Below, one piece after another: positions 53,640 to 64,000 of a stretch of 64,000 nt of DNA (position 1 is the first letter of the stretch; each line of letters starts with the position of its first letter). The DNA is taken from assembly GCA_964057225.1 (NCBI GenBank), contig OZ059895.1, forward strand, positions 4,774,001 to 4,838,000. Direction: 5' to 3'. Source of the stretch: Auanema rhodensis. Lineage: Eukaryota; Animalia; Nematoda. Both the position numbers and the translations under genes were made by a program. Under the pieces are notes generated by a model. The model worked only from the letters and a program-made list of their open reading frames with translations, did not search any database and had not been told where the DNA came from.

Positions 53640-56445
53640 TCGAATGCACTATACTTCATTGAGAAACGCTTAATACAAAAATTAGTTATGATCGTTTGAA
53701 AAATGATGCATTAGTGTATGTTGAGTTTCCATGTACACTCAACATTGCTTCCAAAAACATTTTGACAAAAATTTTTTCGAAAAATTTCAAAATAATTTAG
53801 CAAAAAGTAGATGTTTTTAGATTCCTTTTTTCAAGGCAAAGACGATGGACAATGTTATTCAACGAAAAAATTAATTCTTCAGGGTGAAAATCGAGGATAT
53901 AAGTGTGAACTTATATCAGTTGATATCTCGGTGCATTTTTAAGCTAGCGCAAATCTGATAACACAGATCGACGCAGCTTAAAAATCCGCATCGAATGCAC
54001 TATACTTCATTGAGAAACGCTCAATACAACAATTAGTTATGATCGTTTGAAAAATGATGCATTAGTGTATGTTGAGTTTCCATGTACACTCAACATTGCT
54101 TCGAAAAACATTTTGACAAAAATTTTTTCGAAAAATTTCAAAATAATTTAGCAAAAAGTAGATATTTTTCGATTCCTTTTTTAAGGCAAAGATGATGGAC
54201 AATGTTATTCAACGAAAAAATCAATTCTTCAGGGTGAAAATCGAGGATATAAGTGTGAACTTATATCAGTTGATATCTCGGTGCATTTTCAAGCTAGCGC
54301 AAATCTGATAACACAGATCGACGCAGCTTAAAAATCCGCATCGAATGCACTATACTTCATTGAGAAACGCTTAATACAAAAATTAGTTATGATCGTTTGA
54401 AAAATGATGCATTAGTGTATGTTGAGTTTCCATGTACACTCAACATTGCTTCCAAAAACATTTTGACAAAAATTTTTTCGAAAAATTTCAAAATAATTTA
54501 GCAAAAAGTAGATGTTTTTAGATTCTTTTTCTCAAGGCAAAGACGATGGACAATGTTATTCAACGAAAAAATTAATTCTTCAGGGTGAAAATCGAGGATA
54601 TAAGTGTGAACCTATATCAGTTGATATCTCGGTGCATTTTCAAGCTAGCGCAAATCTGATAACACAGATCGACGCAGCTTAAAAATCCGCATCGAATGCA
54701 CTATACTACATTGAAAAACGCTTAATACAAAAATTAGTTATGATCGTTCGAAAAATGATGCATTAGTGTATGTTGAGTTTCCATGTACACTCAACATTGC
54801 TTCGAAAAACATTTTGACAAAAATTTTTTCGAAAAATTTCAAAATAATTTAGCAAAAAGTAGATGTTTTTAGATTACTTTTTCTAAGGCAAAGATGATGG
54901 ACAATGTTATTCAACGAAAAAATCAATTCTTCAGGGTGAAAATCGAGGATATAAGTGTGAACTTATATCAGTTGATATCTCGGTGCATTTTCAAGCTAGC
55001 GCAAATCTGATAACACAGATCGACGCAGCTTAAAAATCCGCATCGAATGCACTATACTTCATTGAGAAACGCTTAATACAAAAATTAGTTATGATCGTTT
55101 GAAAAATGATGCATTAGTGTATGTTGAGTTTCCATGTACACTCAACATTGCTTCCAAAAACATTTTGACAAAAATTTTTTCGAAAAATTTCAAAATAATT
55201 TAGCAAAAAGTAGATGTTTTTAGATTCCTTTTTTCAAGGCAAAGACGATGGACAATGTTATTCAACGAAAAAATTAATTCTTCAGGGTGAAAATCGAGGA
55301 TATAAGTGTGAACTTATATCAGTTGATATCTCGGTGCATTTTTAAGCTAGCGCAAATCTGATAACACAGATCGACGCAGCTTAAAAATCCGCATCGAATG
55401 CACTATACTTCATTGAGAAACGCTTAATACAACAATTAGTTATGATCGTTTGAAAAATGATGCATTAGTGTATGTTGAGTTTCCATGTACACTCAACATT
55501 GCTTCGAAAAACATTTTGACAAAAATTTTTTCGAAAAATTTCAAAATAATTTAGCAAAAAGTAGATATTTTTCGATTCCTTTTTTAAGGCAAAGATGATG
55601 GACAATGTTATTCAACGAAAAAATCAATTCTTCAGGGTGAAAATCGAGGATATAAGTGTGAACTTATATCAGTTGATATCTCGGTGCATTTTCAAGCTAG
55701 CGCAAATCTGATAACACAGATCGACGCAGCTTAAAAATCCGCATCGAATGCACTATACTTCATTGAGAAACGCTTAATACAAAAATTAGTTATGATCGTT
55801 TGAAAAATGATGCATTAGTGTATGTTGAGTTTCCATGTACACTCAACATTGCTTCCAAAAACATTTTGACAAAAATTTTTTCGAAAAATTTCAAAATAAT
55901 TTAGCAAAAAGTAGATGTTTTTAGATTCCTTTTCTCAAGGCAAAGACGATGGACAATGTTATTCAACGAAAAAATTAATTCTTCAGGGTGAAAATCGAGG
56001 ATATAAGTGTGAACCTATATCAGTTGATATCTCGGTGCATTTTCAAGCTAGCGCAAATCTGATAACACAGATCGACGCAGCTTAAAAATCCGCATCGAAT
56101 GCACTATACTACATTGAAAAACGCTTAATACAAAAATTAGTTATGATCGTTCGAAAAATGATGCATTAGTGTATGTTGAGTTTCCATGTACACTCAACAT
56201 TGCTTCGAAAAACATTTTGACAAAAATTTTTTCGAAAAATTTCAAAATAATTTAGCAAAAAGTAGATGTTTTTAGATTACTTTTTCTAAGGCAAAGATGA
56301 TGGACAATGTTATTCAACGAAAAAATCAATTCTTCAGGGTGAAAATCGAGGATATAAGTGTGAACTTATATCAGTTGATATCTCGGTGAATTTTTAAGCT
56401 AGCGCAAATCTGATAACACAGATCGACGCAGCTTAAAAATCCGCA
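53640..56445 (+). repeat. Tandem duplication of a 4-monomer block, 2 x 1403 bp
   Basis: Rare variants TACAACAATT, GATATTTTTCG, TTCTCAAGG, AACCTATATC and CGTTCGAA+GATTACTT each recur 1403 bp apart (for example 54030 and 55433). Confidence 0.9.
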
Positions 56446-59400
56446 TCGAATGCACTATACTTCATTGAGAAACGCTTAATACAAAAATTAGTTATGATCG
56501 TTTGAAAAATGATGCATTAGTGTATGTTGAGTTTCCATGTACACTCAACATTGCTTCCAAAAACATTTTGACAAAAATTTTTTCGAAAAATTTCAAAATA
56601 ATTTAGGAAAAAGTAGATGTTTTTAGATTCCTTTTTTCAAGGCAAAGACGATGGACAATGTTATTCAACGAAAAAATTAATTCTTCAGGGTGAAAATCGA
56701 GGATATAAGTGTGAACTTATATCAGTTGATATCTCGGTGCATTTTTAAGCTAGCGCAAATCTGATAACACAGATCGACGCAGCTTAAAAATCCGCATCGA
56801 ATGCACTATACTTCATTGAGAAACGCTTAATACAAAAATTAGTTATGATCGTTTGAAAAATGATGCATTAGTGTATGTTGAGTTTCCATGTACACTCAAC
56901 ATTGCTTCCAACAACATTTTGACAAAAATTTTTTCGAAAAATTTCAAAATAATTTAGCAAAAAGTAGATGTTTTTAGATTTCTTTTTTCAAGGCAAAGAC
57001 GATGGACAATGTTATTCAACGAAAAAATTAATTCTTCAGGGTGAAAATCGAGGATATAAGTGTGAACTTATATCAGTTGATATCTCGGTGCATTTTTAAG
57101 CTAGCGCAAATCTGATAACACAGATCGACGCAGCTTAAAAATCCGCATCGAATGCACTATACTACATTGAGAAACGCTTAATACAAAAATTAGTTATGAT
57201 CGTTTGAAAAATGATGCATTAGTGTATGTTGAGTTTCCATGTACACTCAACATTGCTTCGAAAAACATTTTGACAAAAATTTTTTCGAAAAATTTCAGAA
57301 TAATTTAGCAAAAAGTAGATGTTTTTAGATTCCTTTTTCTAAGGCAAAGATGATGGACAATGTTATTCAACGAAAAAATCAATTCTTCAGGGTGAAAATC
57401 GAGGATATAAGTGTGAACTTATATCAGTTGATATCTCGGTGAATTTTTAAGCTAGCGCAAATCTGATAACACAGATCGACGCAGCTTAAAAATCCGCATC
57501 GAATGCACTATACTTCATTGAAAAACGCTTAATACAAAAATTAGTTATGATCGTTTGAAAAATGATGCATTAGTGTATGTTGAGTTTCCATGTACACTCA
57601 ACATTGCTTCCAAAAACATTTTGACAAAAATTTTTTCGAAAAATTTCAAAATAATTTAGCAAAAAGTAGATGTTTTTAGATTCCTTTTTTCAAGGCAAAG
57701 ACGATGGACAATGTTATTCAACGAAAAAATTAATTCTTCAGGGTGAAAATCGAGGATATAAGTGTGAACTTATATCAGTTGATATCTCGGTGCATTTTCA
57801 AGCTAGCGCAAATCTGATAACACAGATCGACGCAGCTTAAAAATCCGCATCGAATGCACTATACTTCATTGAGAAACGCTTAATACAAAAATTAGTTATG
57901 ATCGTTTGAAAAATGATGCATTAGTGTATGTTGAGTTTCCATGTACACTCAACATTGCTTCCAAAAACATTTTGACAAAAATTTTTTCGAAAAATTTCAA
58001 AATAATTTAGGAAAAAGTAGATGTTTTTAGATTCCTTTTTTCAAGGCAAAGACGATGGACAATGTTATTCAACGAAAAAATTAATTCTTCAGGGTGAAAA
58101 TCGAGGATATAAGTGTGCACTTATATCAGTTGATATCTCGGTGCATTTTTAAGCTAGCGCAAATCTGATAACACAGATCGACGCAGCTTAAAAATCCGCA
58201 TCGAATGCACTATACTTCATTGAGAAACGCTTAATACAAAAATTAGTTATGATCGTTTGAAAAATGATGCATTAGTGTATGTTGAGTTTCCATGTACACT
58301 CAACATTGCTTCCAACAACATTTTGACAAAAATTTTTTCGAAAAATTTCAAAATAATTTAGCAAAAAGTAGATGTTTTTAGATTTCTTTTTTCAAGGCAA
58401 AGACGATGGACAATGTTATTCAACGAAAAAATTAATTCTTCAGGGTGAAAATCGAGGATATAAGTGTGAACTTATATCAGTTGATATCTCGGTGCATTTT
58501 TAAGCTAGCGCAAATCTGATAACACAGATCGACGCAGCTTAAAAATCCGCATCGAATGCACTATACTTCATTGAGAAACGCTTAATACAAAAATTAGTTA
58601 TGATCGTTTGAAAAATGATGCATTAGTGTATGTTGAGTTTCCATGTACACTCAACATTGCTTCCAACAACATTTTGACAAAAATTTTTTCGAAAAATTTC
58701 AAAATAATTTAGCAAAAAGTAGATGTTTTTAGATTTCTTTTTTCAAGGCAAAGACGATGGACAATGTTATTCAACGAAAAAATTAATTCTTCAGGGTGAA
58801 AATCGAGGATATAAGTGTGAACTTATATCAGTTGATATCTCGGTGCATTTTTAAGCTAGCGCAAATCTGATAACACAGATCGACGCAGCTTAAAAATCCG
58901 CATCGAATGCACTATACTACATTGAGAAACGCTTAATACAAAAATTAGTTATGATCGTTTGAAAAATGATGCATTAGTGTATGTTGAGTTTCCATGTACA
59001 CTCAACATTGCTTCGAAAAACATTTTGACAAAAATTTTTTCGAAAAATTTCAGAATAATTTAGCAAAAAGTAGATGTTTTTAGATTCCTTTTTCTAAGGC
59101 AAAGATGATGGACAATGTTATTCAACGAAAAAATCAATTCTTCAGGGTGAAAATCGAGGATATAAGTGTGAACTTATATCAGTTGATATCTCGGTGCATT
59201 TTTAAGCTAGCGCAAATCTGATAACACAGATCGACGCAGCTTAAAAATCCGCATCGAATGCACTATACTACATTGAGAAACGCTTAATACAAAAATTAGT
59301 TATGATCGTTCGAAAAATGATGCATTAGTGTATGTTGAGTTTCCATGTACACTCAACATTGCTTCGAAAAACATTTTGACAAAAATTTTTTCGAAAAATT

Positions 59401-62400
59401 TCAAAATAATTTAGCAAAAAGTAGATGTTTTTAGATTACTTTTTCTAAGGCAAAGATGATGGACAATGTTATTCAACGAAAAAATCAATTCTTCAGGGTG
59501 AAAATCGAGGATATAAGTGTGAACTTATATCAGTTGATATCTCGGTGAATTTTTAAGCTAGCGCAAATCTGATAACACAGATCGACGCAGCTTAAAAATC
59601 CGCATCGAATGCACTATACTTCATTGAGAAACGCTTAATACAAAAATTAGTTATGATCGTTTGAAAAATGATGCATTAGTGTATGTTGAGTTTCCATGTA
59701 CACTCAACATTGCTTCCAAAAACATTTTGACAAAAATTTTTTCGAAAAATTTCAAAATAATTTAGGAAAAAGTAGATGTTTTTAGATTCCTTTTTTCAAG
59801 GCAAAGACGATGGACAATGTTATTCAACGAAAAAATTAATTCTTCAGGGTGAAAATCGAGGATATAAGTGTGAACTTATATCAGTTGATATCTCGGTGCA
59901 TTTTTAAGCTAGCGCAAATCTGATAACACAGATCGACGCAGCTTAAAAATCCGCATCGAATGCACTATACTTCATTGAGAAACGCTTAATACAAAAATTA
60001 GTTATGATCGTTTGAAAAATGATGCATTAGTGTATGTTGAGTTTCCATGTACACTCAACATTGCTTCCAACAACATTTTGACAAAAATTTTTTCGAAAAA
60101 TTTCAAAATAATTTAGCAAAAAGTAGATGTTTTTAGATTTCTTTTTTCAAGGCAAAGACGATGGACAATGTTATTCAACGAAAAAATTAATTCTTCAGGG
60201 TGAAAATCGAGGATATAAGTGTGAACTTATATCAGTTGATATCTCGGTGCATTTTTAAGCTAGCGCAAATCTGATAACACAGATCGACGCAGCTTAAAAA
60301 TCCGCATCGAATGCACTATACTACATTGAGAAACGCTTAATACAAAAATTAGTTATGATCGTTTGAAAAATGATGCATTAGTGTATGTTGAGTTTCCATG
60401 TACACTCAACATTGCTTCGAAAAACATTTTGACAAAAATTTTTTCGAAAAATTTCAGAATAATTTAGCAAAAAGTAGATGTTTTTAGATTCCTTTTTCTA
60501 AGGCAAAGATGATGGACAATGTTATTCAACGAAAAAATCAATTCTTCAGGGTGAAAATCGAGGATATAAGTGTGAACTTATATCAGTTGATATCTCGGTG
60601 AATTTTTAAGCTAGCGCAAATCTGATAACACAGATCGACGCAGCTTAAAAATCCGCATCGAATGCACTATACTTCATTGAGAAACGCTTAATACAAAAAT
60701 TAGTTATGATCGTTTGAAAAATGATGCATTAGTGTATGTTGAGTTTCCATGTACACTCAACATTGCTTCCAAAAACATTTTGACAAAAATTTTTTCGAAA
60801 AATTTCAAAATAATTTAGCAAAAAGTAGATGTTTTTCGATTCCTTTTTTAAGGCAAAGATGATGGACAATGTTATTCAACGAAAAAATCAATTCTTCAGG
60901 GTGAAAATCGAGGATATAAGTGTGAACTTATATCAGTTGATATCTCGGTGCATTTTCAAGCTAGCGCAAATCTGATAACACAGATCGACGCAGCTTAAAA
61001 ATCCGCATCGAATGCACTATACTTCATTGAGAAACGCTTAATACAAAAATTAGTTATGATCGTTTGAAAAATGATGCATTAGTGTATGTTGAGTTTCCAT
61101 GTACACTCAACATTGCTTCCAAAAACATTTTGACAAAAATTTTTTCGAAAAATTTCAAAATAATTTAGGAAAAAGTAGATGTTTTTAGATTCCTTTTTTC
61201 AAGGCAAAGACGATGGACAATGTTATTCAACGAAAAAATTAATTCTTCAGGGTGAAAATCGAGGATATAAGTGTGAACTTATATCAGTTGATATCTCGGT
61301 GCATTTTTAAGCTAGCGCAAATCTGATAACACAGATCGACGCAGCTTAAAAATCCGCATCGAATGCACTATACTTCATTGAGAAACGCTTAATACAAAAA
61401 TTAGTTATGATCGTTTGAAAAATGATGCATTAGTGTATGTTGAGTTTCCATGTACACTCAACATTGCTTCCAACAACATTTTGACAAAAATTTTTTCGAA
61501 AAATTTCAAAATAATTTAGCAAAAAGTAGATGTTTTTAGATTTCTTTTTTCAAGGCAAAGACGATGGACAATGTTATTCAACGAAAAAATTAATTCTTCA
61601 GGGTGAAAATCGAGGATATAAGTGTGAACTTATATCAGTTGATATCTCGGTGCATTTTTAAGCTAGCGCAAATCTGATAACACAGATCGACGCAGCTTAA
61701 AAATCCGCATCGAATGCACTATACTACATTGAGAAACGCTTAATACAAAAATTAGTTATAATCGTTTGAAAAATGATGCATTAGTGTATGTTGAGTTTCC
61801 ATGTACACTCAACATTGCTTCGAAAAACATTTTGACAAAAATTTTTTCGAAAAATTTCAGAATAATTTAGCAAAAAGTAGATGTTTTTAGATTCCTTTTT
61901 CTAAGGCAAAGATGATGGACAATGTTATTCAACGAAAAAATCAATTCTTCAGGGTGAAAATCGAGGATATAAGTGTGAACTTATATCAGTTGATATCTCG
62001 GTGAATTTTTAAGCTAGCGCAAATCTGATAACACAGATCGACGCAGCTTAAAAATCCGCATCGAATGCACTATACTTCATTGAGAAACGCTTAATACAAA
62101 AATTAGTTATGATCGTTTGAAAAATGATGCATTAGTGTATGTTGAGTTTCCATGTACACTCAACATTGCTTCCAAAAACATTTTGACAAAAATTTTTTCG
62201 AAAAATTTCAAAATAATTTAGCAAAAAGTAGATGTTTTTCGATTCCTTTTTTGAGGCAAAGATGATGGACAATGTTATTCAACGAAAAAATCAATTCTTC
62301 AGGGTGAAAATCGAGGATATAAGTGTGAACTTATATCAGTTGATATCTCGGTGCATTTTCAAGCTAGCGCAAATCTGATAACACAGATCGACGCAGCTTA

Positions 62401-62410
62401 AAAATCCGCA
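56446..62410 (+). repeat. 4/5-mer higher-order repeat domain with four cycles
   Basis: The TTAGGAAAA variant lies at 56607, 58011, 59766 and 61169 (spacings 1404, 1755, 1403). Each is followed by TCCAACAAC+GATTTCTT monomer(s) and then a TTCAGAAT+ATCAATT monomer. Confidence 0.88.
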
Positions 62411-64000
62411 TCGAATGCACTATACTTCATTGAGAAACGCTTAATACAAAAATTAGTTATGATCGTTTGAAAAATGATGCATTAGTGTATGTTGAGTTTC
62501 CATGTACACTCAACATTGCTTCGAAAAACATTTTGACAAAAATTTTTTCGAAAAATTTCAAAATAATTTAGCAAAAAGTAGATGTTTTTAGATTACTTTT
62601 TCTAAGGCAAAGATGATGGACAATGTTATTCAACGAAAAAATCAATTCTTCAGGGTGAAAATCGAGGATATAAGTGTGAACTTATATCAGTTGATATCTC
62701 GGTGAATTTTTAAGCTAGCGCAAATCTGATAACACAGATCGACGCAGCTTAAAAATCCGCATCGAATGCACTATACTTCATTGAGAAACGCTTAATACAA
62801 AAATTAGTTATGATCGTTTGAAAAATGATGCATTAGTGTATGTTGAGTTTCCATGTACACTCAACATTGCTTCCAAAAACATTTTGACAAAAATTTTTTC
62901 GAAAAATTTCAAAATAATTTAGCAAAAAGTAGATGTTTTTAGATTCCTTTTTTCAAGGCAAAGACGATGGACAATGTTATTCAACGAAAAAATTAATTCT
63001 TCAGGGTGAAAATCGAGGATATAAGTGTGAACTTATATCAGTTGATATCTCGGTGCATTTTCAAGCTAGCGCAAATCTGATAACACAGATCGACGCAGCT
63101 TAAAAATCCGCATCGAATGCACTATACTTCATTGAGAAACGCTTAATAAAAAAATTAGTTATGATCGTTTGAAAAATGATGCATTAGTGTATGTTGAGTT
63201 TCCATGTACACTCAACATTGCTTCCAAAAACATTTTGACAAAAATTTTTTCGAAAAATTTCAAAATAATTTAGCAAAAAGTAGATTTTTTTAGATTCCTT
63301 TTTTCAAGGCAAAGACGATGGACAATGTTATTCAACGAAAAAATTAATTCTTCAGGGTGAAAACCGAGGATATAAGTGTGAACTTATATCAGTTGATATC
63401 TCGGTGCATTTTCAAGCTAGCGCAAATCTGATAACACAGATCGACGCAGCTTAAAAATCCGCATCGAATGCACTATACTTCATTGAGAAACGCTTAATAC
63501 AAAAATTAGTTATGATCGTTTGAAAAATGATGCATTAGTGTATGTTGAGTTTCCATGTACACTCAACATTGCTTCCAAAAACATTTTGACAAAAATTTTT
63601 TCGAAAAATTTCAAAATAATTTAGCAAAAAGTAGATGTTTTTAGATTCCTTTTTTTAAGGCAAAAATGATGGACAATGTTATTCAACGAAAAAATTAATT
63701 CTTCAGGGTGAAAATCGAGGATATAAGTGTGAACATATATCAGTTGATATCTCGGTGCATTTTCAAGCTAGCGCAAATCTGATAACACAGATCGACGCAG
63801 CTTAAAAATCCGCATCGAATGCACTATACTTCATTGAGAAACGCTTAATACAAAAATTAGTTATGATCGTTCGAAAAATGATGCATTAGTGTATGTTGAG
63901 TTTCCATGTACACTCAACATTGCTTCCAAAAACATTTTGACAAAAATTTTTTCGAAAAATTTCAAAATAATTTAGCAAAAAGTAGATGTTTTTAGATTCT

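Larger units (their letters stand above)
1..64000. repeat. Tandem satellite DNA array, 351-bp monomer, 182 complete copies plus a partial copy, single orientation, running to both window edges
   Basis: TCGAATGCAC recurs at 1, 352, 703, 1054 and so on, with the last start at 63815. The offset 63814 equals 182x351 after accounting for the indels seen (-90 rearrangement, ten +4 duplications, net -18 single-base indels). Centromeric or heterochromatic location is an inference. Confidence 0.99.

Noticed and set aside
1-64000. Giant repetitive protein-coding gene, since 351 is divisible by 3
   Set aside because: All six frames have stops in the monomer. Plus-strand stops include TGA 58-60, TAA 32-34 and TGA 21-23, and TTA, CTA or TCA triplets fall in all three frames for the minus strand. 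Frame-shifting indels are also common.
1-64000. CRISPR or other repeat-spacer array suggested by the palindromic elements
   Set aside because: There are no unique spacers, since the sequence between hairpins is as conserved as the hairpins. No cas genes or leader are present.

Overview
The whole 64 kb window is one head-to-tail tandem array (satellite DNA) of an AT-rich 351-bp monomer, about 31% GC by hand count of the consensus. It holds 182 complete units plus a 186-bp partial unit, all in the same orientation and differing by only a few substitutions each. I find no genes, RNA genes, CRISPR array or transposon insertion, and every reading frame of the monomer is closed by stop codons. The window looks like eukaryotic centromeric or pericentromeric satellite; unsuppressed CpG suggests a host with little CpG methylation, such as an invertebrate, but I cannot assign species or satellite family. 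The notable structure is internal: (i) the monomer is tiled by inverted repeats and may be a degenerate foldback; (ii) shared variants reveal nested, shifting higher-order repeats (2-, 3-, 4-, 5-, 6- and ~8-mers, plus 22-30-monomer offsets); (iii) a 4-bp TTCA duplication recurs on several haplotypes; (iv) one rearranged 261-bp monomer at 48814-49074 has a 142-bp deletion filled by a 50-bp copy from a non-adjacent monomer, resembling a templated-insertion repair scar. I do not see support for a new protein-coding system here.
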